Shown piece by piece: positions 1-10,329 of a stretch of DNA of 64,000 bases (positions are counted from its first letter, which is position 1; each line of letters starts with the position of its first letter). The notes under the pieces were generated by a model that saw nothing but the letters and a program-made list of their open reading frames with translations, was not told where the DNA came from and did not search any database. The stretch lies in sequence record SRR20825019_719; one strand, 5' to 3'. The position numbers and the translations under genes were made by a program.

Positions 1-56
1 AGCTCGTCGGGCTCATAACCCGAAGGTCGTCAGTTCAAATCTGGCCCCCGCTACCA
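1..56 (+). tRNA. tRNA-fMet (initiator, CAT), 5' end truncated by window
   Basis: AGCTCGTCGGGCTCATAACCCGAAGGTCGTCAGTTCAAATCTGGCCCCCGCTACCA; GGG/CCC anticodon stem, CAT at 14-16, TTC T-loop, encoded CCA. Confidence 0.95.
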
Positions 57-331
57 ACTTCATACGTCAGTATGAATAACTGATTAGTCACAGATGGTAT
101 CGACAGGGTTATATCCTGATAGCCCTGATACCCACGCCTAAAAAAACTTTCACAGTACTTTCCACAAGATCACTTTCTCAGACTGGGATTCCAGATTTGC
201 TGCTGCCTGCTGGACTTAAAAGATTCGATGGATTACCAACCAGTCCATAGAACTCAGCGTTCTGAATTGCTATTGTTTTGCCATCAACACCTCTTCCAAG
301 TCTCGCTAATCAGGCGATTATAAGGTTTGAG

Positions 332-2719
332 ATGAATCCCAGCGCTGCACCTATATCTGCAAAAACCTATTTAAGTATTATCATCGCGATAATTTTTATT
401 GCGTCCTTGGGGAAGTTATTAGATTTTCCTGACATCCCGCGCTCAGCGATCGGCTTTGAATTGAGTCTATCTCTGGCAGCGGTATTACTGTTCGGGGCCA
501 GAATACTTCCGGCTCTCTTTCTTGGTGTTCTGGTAGCACAAATTCTGTTTACAGCGCCCAGATTCAGTGCGGTTGGTATCTCGTTGCTTTGTCTTATTGC
601 AGCCATGCTCGGACGGTGGGGGATGATTCATTTCAATGACTTTGATAACAACCTTGAAAACAGGAAAAGCGTTATCAGTCTGCTGGTCTGGGGCAGCGGC
701 GTAGCAGCGCTTTTCTCAACATTATCAAGTCTTTCCCTGCTGGACGTGATCAGTCAGGACTTTCAGGTTTCACTGGAGATCGTAGTCCATACCTGGATGT
801 GGAGCGCAATGGGCATATTGTTAATTGTCCCCAGAGTCTTGCTGACCGGGAGCAACCATTACGTCAAACTTCAGTACGACCAGCGACAAGTATTGTGGTT
901 AATCGCTATTTTTGCTTCCTGCCTGCTGGTATTTACTGATACCAGCATCAGTGAATCGCTGACGATGTTGTTCTTACCTTTCATTTTTTACCCGCTGATT
1001 GTCTGGGGGGCTTTGTATGTCGGCTTGAGTGCCGTCTATGCCGGTGCTTTTCTGATTTTTATGTCGGCGTACTGTAGCTATTTTTTTGGGGTAGGCTACT
1101 ACGGAGAACAGGTCTCGGGCGTGGCATTCGAGATGTGGATATTTATCATGTCTCTACTGATTACCGGGCTGGCAGTGGGGGTCAGTCAGGTACAGCGTGA
1201 GGAAGCAGAGTGGCGGGCTGCCAGTAGTCGAATGGATGAACTGCTGTCTCGAACGTCTCTCTCACTCAAGACATTACTGATGTTGCAGTGTAAAACCGCT
1301 GTCAATGGTGCAAAAGGTTGTTATTCAGGCATTTTTTTGATGAATGATTCCGGTAGGCTGACGCTGGATGCACAATACAATCTGCCCGAAAAATTTATCG
1401 AACCAATATCTTCCGCCGATTTTAGTCAGGTTGAAACGCCCATTCGGCAGTGTTATCAACAAGGCAGCTTAGTCAGTTCCACTGAAAATCCCAGGCAATG
1501 GATGCACCTAGATGCAAGTATGCCGCTCTGGGGCGGGGTTCACTGTTTTCCCATTCTCGATTTATTCAGAAAACCACTGGGGGTGCTTTGTGTTTTTTAC
1601 ACATCTTCAACGTGGTTTCAGCTGGCAGATATCGAACGTTTGCAGAGAATTGCTTATCAATCTTCTTTGTTGATAGTTCGCAAACAGGCCGAGATTGCGT
1701 TGAATGAAAAACATCGAGAGGTAGAAAATGAGCGTGCCATCCTCAGAACCATCATTGATGCCAATCCCGATATCATTTTTATTGAAGGTCGTGACCATAG
1801 GCTGACTCATAGTAATTCGGCTTTTGATAAATTGATGGGACTCAAGGCCGGACAGAGCTTTAATCTTTTATCTGAAGACATTTTCTCGGAAAAATACACC
1901 GCCCTGATAGCGGAAATGAATCAGAAAATTCTGGGTGGAGAAGCACCGTTACTGCGTGAAGAAGTCTGGATCAGAGGCATCAATTACACAGCCGTTCTGT
2001 TTGATTTGATAAAAGCACCGATGCAGGATGTTGAAGGCAACATTGTGGGCATCATCAGTATCGGCCGGGATATCACTCAGCAACGGGAAGTGGAAGCAGA
2101 GCTGGTTGGAATGACCGAGGATCAGCAGCGTTCCATCGGCCAGGATCTGCATGACGGTGTTGGGCAAAAGCTAGTGGGTGTCTCATTTCTTGCCAAGCTG
2201 CTTGATCATGGTTTACAGGCGAAGCAGTCTGAGTTCGCCAAGAATGCGTCAACACTGACCCAGCAAATCAACGAAGTCATCGCCGAAATCCGGGGTCTGG
2301 CACGAGGATTGTTACCCATTGAGCTGGAGTCGAACGGGCTGAATGCCGCGTTGGATAGTCTGAGTAAAAATACCACCGCGACCTCAGACGTGAGCTGTGT
2401 TTATAAACCCAGTGGTGAAGTGTTAGTTAACGACCGGATTCTATCGCTCAATCTGTACCGGATTGTCCAGGAAGCGATTAGTAATGCTATCAGACATGGC
2501 AAAGCCAATAAGATTGAAGTTGGGCTGGAAGTCAGCAATGACCATTTCACACTGACAGTCAGGGACAATGGCATTGGCTTTGATTACGAAAAATACCAAC
2601 AATTTAACAAAATTAAAGGAATCGGTTTGCAGTCCATGATTTACCGGACTAGACTCATTAATGCAAAAGTTAGCTTTACCAAGTTAACTGAAGGGTTCGA
2701 GGTTAGCGTTGTCCGTTAA
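332..2719 (+). CDS. Membrane sensor histidine kinase (MASE1-like TM region, GAF, PAS, HisKA_3, HATPase)
   Basis: Multi-TM N-terminus; PAS (IIDANPDIIF...GRDIT); H-box QDLHDGVGQ; YRIVQEAISNAIRHG; DNGIGF. ATG 332 preferred over TTG 278. Confidence 0.85.
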   Translation: MNPSAAPISAKTYLSIIIAIIFIASLGKLLDFPDIPRSAIGFELSLSLAAVLLFGARILPALFLGVLVAQILFTAPRFSAVGISLLCLIAAMLGRWGMIHFNDFDNNLENRKSVISLLVWGSGVAALFSTLSSLSLLDVISQDFQVSLEIVVHTWMWSAMGILLIVPRVLLTGSNHYVKLQYDQRQVLWLIAIFASCLLVFTDTSISESLTMLFLPFIFYPLIVWGALYVGLSAVYAGAFLIFMSAYCSYFFGVGYYGEQVSGVAFEMWIFIMSLLITGLAVGVSQVQREEAEWRAASSRMDELLSRTSLSLKTLLMLQCKTAVNGAKGCYSGIFLMNDSGRLTLDAQYNLPEKFIEPISSADFSQVETPIRQCYQQGSLVSSTENPRQWMHLDASMPLWGGVHCFPILDLFRKPLGVLCVFYTSSTWFQLADIERLQRIAYQSSLLIVRKQAEIALNEKHREVENERAILRTIIDANPDIIFIEGRDHRLTHSNSAFDKLMGLKAGQSFNLLSEDIFSEKYTALIAEMNQKILGGEAPLLREEVWIRGINYTAVLFDLIKAPMQDVEGNIVGIISIGRDITQQREVEAELVGMTEDQQRSIGQDLHDGVGQKLVGVSFLAKLLDHGLQAKQSEFAKNASTLTQQINEVIAEIRGLARGLLPIELESNGLNAALDSLSKNTTATSDVSCVYKPSGEVLVNDRILSLNLYRIVQEAISNAIRHGKANKIEVGLEVSNDHFTLTVRDNGIGFDYEKYQQFNKIKGIGLQSMIYRTRLINAKVSFTKLTEGFEVSVVR

Positions 2720-3028
2720 CCTGTTTGTGCCTGAGCAACGTTGCTCGAATACAAACTAATCCAAACTTTTTCCCACGAAGCATTTGTTCAATAACTTTCC
2801 TATTGCCGAGAGATACAGCTAAAAACCGTTATTTATTTTCGCTATTTTCTGATTGATGCGAGTAAATCTGTTTTTTTGTTTCTATATTTTCTCTTATTGG
2901 TTCACAAAATGAAGCAGAAGAGTGCCCGGTTTTGATGCGTTGTCTGAATAACACGAATTAATTCACACAGAGGTTTTTTTCTGAGTGTTAATTTGCAACC
3001 CCAATTCAGAGATTGTTGAGGTGAGTAC

Positions 3029-3685
3029 ATGGCTCATGAACTAATCAGTATTATGCTTGTGGAAGACCACCAACTGGTGAGACAGGGCATGTCAATGCTG
3101 ATCAACAACCAGGATGATATGGATGTTGTATATGAATGCGCCTGTGTCAATGAAGCAAAACAATTTCTCCAACACGACCCAGCCGAGGTAGATGTCGCGA
3201 TTATCGATATCTCACTGGACGGCGTTTCGGGATTTGAGTTGATGAAATGGATGAGAATTTATCACTCGGATTTGCCGACGCTTGCAATATCAATGCATGA
3301 CGAACTGCTGTATGCCGAGCGTGCCATTAAAACGGGCGCGAGCGGTTACATTATGAAGCAGGAGGCTTCAGACAAAGTCATCAATGGCATACGCGCTGTG
3401 AAAAACGGCCAGATCGTTGTTAGCGATGCCATCCGCTCTAGAATCAACGGCAATGAATCTACGGATAGAGACTCTGTTATAGATAACCTGACAGCCTGCG
3501 AGTACGAAGTATTCCAGCTATTGGCGCAGGGCAAGTCCACCAGCGAGATAGCCTATCTTAACAGTCGAAGTGTGAAAACCATCGAGGCACATAGAGCCAA
3601 CATCAGAAAAAAACTCGGCTTATCAGATGGCAATGCACTGATGAGGTACGCAATAAAAATGCAATCTGAAGTTGCAGCGGTTTAG
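3029..3685 (+). CDS. NarL/LuxR-family response regulator
   Basis: Receiver (VEDH, IIDISL, GYIMK) plus LuxR HTH (SVKTIEAHRANIRKKLG). Confidence 0.92.
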   Translation: MAHELISIMLVEDHQLVRQGMSMLINNQDDMDVVYECACVNEAKQFLQHDPAEVDVAIIDISLDGVSGFELMKWMRIYHSDLPTLAISMHDELLYAERAIKTGASGYIMKQEASDKVINGIRAVKNGQIVVSDAIRSRINGNESTDRDSVIDNLTACEYEVFQLLAQGKSTSEIAYLNSRSVKTIEAHRANIRKKLGLSDGNALMRYAIKMQSEVAAV

Positions 3686-3708
3686 GTTCGACTGTAAGGA
3701 AAGCATGA

Positions 3709-5091
3709 ATGGCAAGCTTACCCATCATTACCCAAGGTAATTTATCAATCACAGCCTTGTTGAAGCACGTTATAGAGCCGGTAGTGGCTGTCCTGACGCT
3801 TGTTTCAGTGGCAACATTTTATGGTGATAGCCTGAATCTGAAATACACCATATTGTCTTTGCTGATCCTGGTGATTACCTTTCCTGGCGAATGGATCACT
3901 TCAACGGTGCAGACCTTTGCCAGAAGACTGGCGTCATCATGGCTGATTATCGTCTGTCTGCTCTTTTTGCTGGGCTATGGCACCCAGACATTACAGTATT
4001 TTCCGGATGAGGTGGTCCTGACCTGGATTCTGCTGACACCGTTGATGGTGCTTATTTTCAGCGTCATTATCAAAATGATCGTGGGCAGTATTCAGGTCAT
4101 CAAGGCAGGCAACAAGAAAGCCGTTGTCATTGGTGTCAATGAATTGGCCGGTAATTTCGCGTCCCGGGTTAATGCTGATGATCTCAGCATGGTGGAAGTC
4201 GTGGGCTTTTTTGATAGTCAAGCTTCCCTGCCAGTGCTGAGAGATGCTGAAGTGCCATTGCTGGGAGAGATGTCAGATGTCGCCGTCTATTGTAAGGAAA
4301 ACAGTATCGACAATGTCTACATCGCACTCCCGATGGCTGCACAGCCAAGGATACTGCAGTTATTGGATGATCTCAGAGATACCACGGTCTCTATCTACTT
4401 TCTGCCGGACTTGTTCCTCTACGACATGATTCAGGCGCGAATTGATTCCATGAACGGGATTCCTGTGGTCGGTGTTTGCGAGTCTCCGTTTATCGGGCTC
4501 AACGGCATCATTAAACGCATCAGCGATATTGTGCTGTCATCAATCATTCTGATTCTGATCTCACCTATCCTGCTGGCGCTGGCCATTGGTGTAAAGATGA
4601 GTTCACCGGGCCCGGTTCTGTTCAAACAATTCCGCTACGGCCTCGATGGCCACAAAATACTGGTCTACAAATTCAGATCGATGCGGATCCACAAGGAAGA
4701 GGATTTCGTCAAACAGGCGACGAAAGATGATGATCGCATTACCAAATTCGGCCACTTCATTCGAAAAACCTCACTGGATGAACTGCCCCAATTTATCAAT
4801 GTGCTGCAGGGCAGAATGAGTATTGTCGGCCCCAGACCCCATGCCGTTTCACACAACGAAGAATACCGCAAACTGATCAAGGGCTATATGGTGCGGCACA
4901 TGGTCAAGCCCGGCGTCACGGGCTGGGCGCAGGTCAACGGCTTCAGGGGCGAAACGCAGACGCTCGATAAGATGGAAAGCCGAATCCGTTATGACCTGGA
5001 TTACTTACGTCACTGGTCCCTGTATCTGGACTTATGGATTATTTTCAGAACGGTAATCGTGGTTTTCAAAGGCGATGAAAATGCCTACTAA
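3709..5091 (+). CDS. Undecaprenyl-phosphate glucose-1-phosphate transferase (WcaJ/GumD/EpsB type)
   Basis: KFRSM, RKTSLDELPQFINVL, VGPRP, KPGVTGWAQVNG. Confidence 0.92.
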   Translation: MASLPIITQGNLSITALLKHVIEPVVAVLTLVSVATFYGDSLNLKYTILSLLILVITFPGEWITSTVQTFARRLASSWLIIVCLLFLLGYGTQTLQYFPDEVVLTWILLTPLMVLIFSVIIKMIVGSIQVIKAGNKKAVVIGVNELAGNFASRVNADDLSMVEVVGFFDSQASLPVLRDAEVPLLGEMSDVAVYCKENSIDNVYIALPMAAQPRILQLLDDLRDTTVSIYFLPDLFLYDMIQARIDSMNGIPVVGVCESPFIGLNGIIKRISDIVLSSIILILISPILLALAIGVKMSSPGPVLFKQFRYGLDGHKILVYKFRSMRIHKEEDFVKQATKDDDRITKFGHFIRKTSLDELPQFINVLQGRMSIVGPRPHAVSHNEEYRKLIKGYMVRHMVKPGVTGWAQVNGFRGETQTLDKMESRIRYDLDYLRHWSLYLDLWIIFRTVIVVFKGDENAY

Positions 5092-5440
5092 TCCCAAACA
5101 GTTTTATCTGAAACCAGCCCTGACTATAAGCATCATTATGGTGGGCTTGCTGGTCGGTGGTGCGAGGCCGGAAATGTCTAACCTGTTGAAGGTACCCTAC
5201 GATAAATTAGCACATGTCGGGGCCTACAGCTTGATCACGCTGCTGCTCTGGTTTTCATTTTCTGGCCGTAACAAGTCTTTTGCAGCCGTGTTGGTTTCTG
5301 CTGTTATCGCTTTGTCAGATGAAGTCTATCAACTTTTCCTGCCTGGCAGAGAAGCTGATCCGATCGACTTTCTCAGCGATCTCAGTGCAATCGGACTTAC
5401 CGGCCTGTGTTTATATCGCTATCAAGCAAACAGACAGTGA
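5075..5440 (+). CDS. VanZ-family membrane protein
   Basis: DKLAH and DEVYQLFLPGR..D..D motifs, TM segments. Confidence 0.8.
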   Translation: MKMPTNPKQFYLKPALTISIIMVGLLVGGARPEMSNLLKVPYDKLAHVGAYSLITLLLWFSFSGRNKSFAAVLVSAVIALSDEVYQLFLPGREADPIDFLSDLSAIGLTGLCLYRYQANRQ

Positions 5441-5569
5441 AAGTGGTTCTTTAACAAGGCATTTGTTGAGCGCGTACCAGGATAATTTTTATAGAAGTGT
5501 GACCCACAAGCAATCCACGTTGTTATGGGCCAGTCATTATTGCTTCATAAGCAAACTTAATAATGAGAT

Positions 5570-6517
5570 ATGAGAGGACATCAGTTAATGAGACTAGCGA
5601 ATATAGACAGATTGTTACCGGTTCTGCTCATTACAGTTCTAGTCGGTTGTTCTGAATCCAGCCCTAAGGAGAATAGCCAGGTTGCAGCGAAAGTAAACGA
5701 TCAGGAAATCACTGTGCATCAGCTCAATCTTGCAATTGGTTCAATGGGAGAAAAAGCCCTCTCAGCGGATAAGGAAGCCCTGCAAACTGCCGTGCTGAAG
5801 AACATGATCATTCAGACATTGATGGAGCAGGAAGCTGAAAAAGCGGATCTTGATCGTGAGCCTTATGTCATGCAGGCGATGGAAGCAGCCAAGCGTCGGG
5901 TGCTGGCGTCTGCCTATATGCAGCAGATAGCTACTATCAGCCCGTCAATTACGCAAGAAGATGTTGAACAATATTATGCAGCTAATACAGATTTGTTCGC
6001 TAACAGGAAACTGTTTGTCTACGAGCAGGTAACGGTCCAGTCTGATAGCGACAATGCTGAGGCCGTGGATAAAAAAGTCAGACAAACACAGTCTTTGACT
6101 GATTTCACTGCCTGGCTGCAGGAAAAGTCGATTCCCTACAGCCTGCTGACCCAGGCTAAAACCTCGGAAAATATTTCTAAGAATCTGCTTAAGCCACTGT
6201 CAACGCTGGATGTCGGTCAGGTCGGCTTTCTGAAGCTGGATGACGGCTTTGTGGTTATTGAAGTCAAAGACAAGCAACCTCAGCCAGTGGAGCTGGAAAT
6301 GGCGACACCTGCGATTAAACAGCATTTACAACAGCAACAACAAACCGCACAGATACAACAAACGGTCAGTTCGCTCAAAAGTGCTGCAATGATTGAATAC
6401 AGCAAGAATTTTGACCCCAACAATAACAACGACGCCACGGCAGATCGCCCTGAACCGGTGGAAACGGATATGATTCAAGAATCATATATTGAGAAAGGCT
6501 TGCAGGGGCTTGAGTGA
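5570..6517 (+). CDS. epsD: EpsD-family peptidyl-prolyl isomerase-like lipoprotein
   Basis: Lipobox LVGC; QVAAKVNDQEITVHQLN; position in eps cluster. Alternative start 5588. Confidence 0.8.
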   Translation: MRGHQLMRLANIDRLLPVLLITVLVGCSESSPKENSQVAAKVNDQEITVHQLNLAIGSMGEKALSADKEALQTAVLKNMIIQTLMEQEAEKADLDREPYVMQAMEAAKRRVLASAYMQQIATISPSITQEDVEQYYAANTDLFANRKLFVYEQVTVQSDSDNAEAVDKKVRQTQSLTDFTAWLQEKSIPYSLLTQAKTSENISKNLLKPLSTLDVGQVGFLKLDDGFVVIEVKDKQPQPVELEMATPAIKQHLQQQQQTAQIQQTVSSLKSAAMIEYSKNFDPNNNNDATADRPEPVETDMIQESYIEKGLQGLE

Positions 6518-7740
6518 TAATGCATCGCTTCCCTATTTTCTCAGTTAAAACAATGCTCGCTATGCTGGGTTCATCAGTCATGCTGATGGGGCAAGCTCAG
6601 GCCGCGGAGGGAGATACGTTTACTCCTTATTACAGCAGCAGCATTGTGTATGACTCCAACCTGCTCAGAATTGATGATGACAATCCGGCCAGAATTGGCG
6701 GCGTACGGGGCCGTTCGGACACATTGAAAAAAAATCTGCTGGGTTTGAATGTCGACTGGAACTATTCAAGACAGCAGTTCATTGCCAGGGCCGCGGTTAG
6801 TGATAATGACTATAACCGCTTTAATTCGCTGGATTACCAGGGACGCTACCTGAAAACCCAGTGGAATTATCAGTTGGGAAATCAAGTAAGTGGCAATATT
6901 GGCCAGGTATTCAACCGGGCCTTGGCCAGCTTTAATGACATACGCGGTTTGTCAGGCAATTTAAGGGATCAGCAAAGCCGGTTCTTTAATTTGAACTACC
7001 TGTTTCACCCCAGATGGCAGACCGGTCTGTCTTATACCGAAAATGAGCTGGAATATGATGCGGCCATTCAGAGAATTGGTGACTTCCAGAACCGTACTGT
7101 GGGTCTGGGACTGGATTATTTGACCCCGAAAGGCAGTCGCGTCGGCGTCAAGATCACCCAGGAAGACGGTAAATATCCTAATCGTTCAGTGACGGAAATC
7201 AGCACATTGGATGATGGCTACAGCGAGCAAAAAGCCGCTTTGAACCTCAAGTGGCAATATAGCGTTAAAACCAGTTTTCAAATGCAAACTGCCTATGTTC
7301 AAAGGGACTACGACAATTTGCAGGAACGTGATTATGACGCTGTCGACAAGCGTGTCAGTGTCACCTATAAGCCATCAGTTAAAACACAGTTCAAGCTTTC
7401 AGTCTTTGATGAGACATACCCCAGGGATGATTTACAGGCCAGTGTCAGTGAGCATTTTGGACAGAGTCTGGAGCTGTCCTGGCTGCCAACATCAAAGTTG
7501 ACCTTTCAAGCGAAGTACAGAAGAGAGTCCCGGGAAGATCTGGACAATCCTGGCTTTGTTATCGGCCCGGTTGCCCAGCGTGAAGATGATAATGACAGTT
7601 TGTCTTTCACCCTCAACTACGAGCCTCACCGAAATATTGATTTCACAGCCGGATATAACAGGATGGAACGTGATTCATCGGTGCCTCTGGGAGATTTTGA
7701 CGCGGATATTTTCAGTTTGACCGCCACAATCAGAATGTAA
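6514..7740 (+). CDS. epsL: EpsL-type outer-membrane beta-barrel of EPS export
   Basis: Signal peptide, YDSNLLR, alternating beta-strand pattern, between epsD and epsE. Confidence 0.75.
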   Translation: MIMHRFPIFSVKTMLAMLGSSVMLMGQAQAAEGDTFTPYYSSSIVYDSNLLRIDDDNPARIGGVRGRSDTLKKNLLGLNVDWNYSRQQFIARAAVSDNDYNRFNSLDYQGRYLKTQWNYQLGNQVSGNIGQVFNRALASFNDIRGLSGNLRDQQSRFFNLNYLFHPRWQTGLSYTENELEYDAAIQRIGDFQNRTVGLGLDYLTPKGSRVGVKITQEDGKYPNRSVTEISTLDDGYSEQKAALNLKWQYSVKTSFQMQTAYVQRDYDNLQERDYDAVDKRVSVTYKPSVKTQFKLSVFDETYPRDDLQASVSEHFGQSLELSWLPTSKLTFQAKYRRESREDLDNPGFVIGPVAQREDDNDSLSFTLNYEPHRNIDFTAGYNRMERDSSVPLGDFDADIFSLTATIRM

Positions 7741-7774
7741 TCTCACTTTCCAACCAAACAAAGACGAGTTCATT

Positions 7775-8797
7775 ATGAAAACATTAATATTCACATTTTT
7801 ATTGTGCATGTCGACTCAGCTTTTAGCCGCTAACCTGCTAGGGGCTGGCGACATGCTTCGTATCACCGTTTATGACAACCCGGATCTGACCACCGAGACC
7901 AGGGTGACAAGTGATGACACTATCAATTTCCCTCTGGTTGGCGAAATCAGTGTGGCCGGTAAATCGGTACCGGAAGCAGAAAAAATGATTGCCGGAGAGC
8001 TGGAGAACAAAGGCTTTCTGCGCAACCCTCAGGTCAATATTCTGGTCACCGAATTTCTCAGCCAGCAAGTATCGATTCTGGGCAATGTGACAAAACCCAA
8101 AAGAATTCCGCTTCATAGAGAAGTGTCACTGACAGATGCATTGGCGCTGGCGGGAGGCGTTACCCAACTGGGCTCAGATTCAGTGTCTATCATCTCAAAG
8201 AGCGGTGACAGGGCTAATAAAAAGAAACTGAACCTGACAGAGATTCTGAATGGGAAACGTCCTGATGTCATGGTCTCCCCCGGAGATATCATTTACGTCC
8301 ACGGCTTACAGGTCTCAGTGCTTGGGGCAGTCAATAGTCCGGGCAAGTATCCCATCACTGATGAGGCGACCACGGTCTCCGACTTCATTGCTTTGGCAGG
8401 TGGTATTTCCAGTACCGGTAGTGACGAAGTGACTTTGACCTCGAGCCAGCCCGACAGCGAGGGGAAAAAATATGTGATCAATCTGAATGAGATGTTCACC
8501 GGTCAAGATGCGGCGAAAAACCTGGGTGTACGGGAAGGTGATGTCATTTACGTACCTCGTGAGCCGAAGTTTTATATTTACGGCGAAGTCAATAGCAGCG
8601 GTGCCTACCGGTACGAAAAAGGAATGACTGTCTATCAGGCATTGGCTATTGGTGGCGGTTTGTCTTCACGGGGTACCGAGAATGGACTTACGCTGAAAAG
8701 AAAAAATGCGGATGGCCAATTTGTGACCCATGAGGTAGACGGCACAGCGACCATCCAGAAAAATGATGTGATTTACGTTAAAGAAGCATTCTTCTAA
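7775..8797 (+). CDS. epsE: Polysaccharide export protein EpsE (OPX family, SLBB repeats)
   Basis: LGAGDMLRITVYDNPDL, FPLVG, three ALAGG/AIGGG SLBB-like repeats. Confidence 0.88.
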   Translation: MKTLIFTFLLCMSTQLLAANLLGAGDMLRITVYDNPDLTTETRVTSDDTINFPLVGEISVAGKSVPEAEKMIAGELENKGFLRNPQVNILVTEFLSQQVSILGNVTKPKRIPLHREVSLTDALALAGGVTQLGSDSVSIISKSGDRANKKKLNLTEILNGKRPDVMVSPGDIIYVHGLQVSVLGAVNSPGKYPITDEATTVSDFIALAGGISSTGSDEVTLTSSQPDSEGKKYVINLNEMFTGQDAAKNLGVREGDVIYVPREPKFYIYGEVNSSGAYRYEKGMTVYQALAIGGGLSSRGTENGLTLKRKNADGQFVTHEVDGTATIQKNDVIYVKEAFF

Positions 8798-8807
8798 GGA
8801 TCATTCA

Positions 8808-10217
8808 ATGAGCTTAAATCAGCTGATAACAATTCTGCTGGCACGCCGGATGCTCGTGATTCTGGTCTTTGGTCTGACTGTGCTGGCGGCAGCCGCTGTC
8901 ACTATGATTTTGCCAAAAACCTATCAGGCAACCTCCTCACTGATCATCAACTACAAAGGCACTGATCCTGTCACGGGGACGACGATGCCAGCCCAGTTGG
9001 CACCCAGCTATATGGCGACGCAAGTTGATATTATTTCCAGTCAGAATGTCGCACGGAAAGTGGTCGAGAAGTTGGCGCTCGATGAAACGCGTTTTGCTAT
9101 TGATGCGTTTAAGCAGGTGACCAGTGATGCGGAAAACGTCAATAAAAATGTTGATATCAAAGACTGGTTATCCGGTGTGCTGCAGAAGAAACTGATCATC
9201 GAGCCTTCCAAACAGAGCAATGTGATTGAAGTTGGCTATAAAGGCTCGGACCCACAATTCGTTGCCAGCGTCGCCAATGCTTTTGCTGACGCCTACATCG
9301 ATACCAATCTTAAATTGAAGGTTGATCCCTCTATTGAGGCAGCAGAGTGGTTTAATGAACGTCTCGCCAGCTACAGGGAAGATGTGATCGAGGCCGAGCA
9401 AAAGCTCACTGAATATCAGAGTGATAAAGGCATTGTGGCACTGGAAGAACGCTGGGATGTTGAGAATTCGAAACTTGAACAACTTTCACAGGAATTGGTT
9501 GCAGCCCAGTCAGACGCGCTGGATTCCAACTCACGCAGCAATGAAGCAAACAAGGCTGAAAGCATTGAAAAGAACCCGGATATCCTGACAAATCCGCTGA
9601 TTCAGAGTATGAAAGCGGAACTGAATAGTGCCGAGGCGAACCTGGCTAAAATGAGGCAGCGCTACGCTGTCAATCATCCCAAGTACCAGGCCGCGCAGGC
9701 TGAAGTGAGCAACCTCAGAGCGGAGTTGCAAACAGAGATTGAGAATGTCACAGGCGGTCTCTCCAATTCGGCTGGCCTCTCTGATAAAAGAGTCAGTGAA
9801 TTGGAAGATGCTGTCCAGCAACAGAAGCAAAAGATCCTGAAACTAAATCAACACCGAGATGAGCTGGCGGTGTTGCAGCTTGATGTTGAGAGCGCACAAC
9901 AAACACTGAATACCGCCCTGGAAAGATTCAGCCAGACATCCATGGAAGGCAACACCAATCAGAGTGATGTTTCTGTGCTGACCCGGGCCACGCCACCCCT
10001 TTTTCCCAGCTCTCCAAATGTGAAACGCAATCTCTTTTTAGCGGCGGTGCTGGGGTTCATTCTGGCAGCAGGCATGGCGTTATTGCTGGAACTGCTCAAT
10101 CCCCGTGTTCGTTCCAGAGAAGATCTCTCAATACCCGTGTTGGGTGAACTCCAAAAGCGGGGCTATCGTCAGAAGACATTGCCTGCACCGAAAACTCAAT
10201 TGTTGAGTCAGCAGTGA
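8808..10217 (+). CDS. epsF: Chain-length determinant / co-polymerase EpsF
   Basis: N- and C-terminal TM, PKTYQAT, YMATQVDIISS, long coiled coil. Confidence 0.88.
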   Translation: MSLNQLITILLARRMLVILVFGLTVLAAAAVTMILPKTYQATSSLIINYKGTDPVTGTTMPAQLAPSYMATQVDIISSQNVARKVVEKLALDETRFAIDAFKQVTSDAENVNKNVDIKDWLSGVLQKKLIIEPSKQSNVIEVGYKGSDPQFVASVANAFADAYIDTNLKLKVDPSIEAAEWFNERLASYREDVIEAEQKLTEYQSDKGIVALEERWDVENSKLEQLSQELVAAQSDALDSNSRSNEANKAESIEKNPDILTNPLIQSMKAELNSAEANLAKMRQRYAVNHPKYQAAQAEVSNLRAELQTEIENVTGGLSNSAGLSDKRVSELEDAVQQQKQKILKLNQHRDELAVLQLDVESAQQTLNTALERFSQTSMEGNTNQSDVSVLTRATPPLFPSSPNVKRNLFLAAVLGFILAAGMALLLELLNPRVRSREDLSIPVLGELQKRGYRQKTLPAPKTQLLSQQ

Positions 10218-10329
10218 CAATTGACCCAAACACCAGGCTCTATGCTGTTCAGGACTGGTAAATTTTTGCTTGTCCCGCCCAGCAGGTGACTGGGATGTCA
10301 CTTTTAGCCAGCACAAAGGTTCAATTGAT

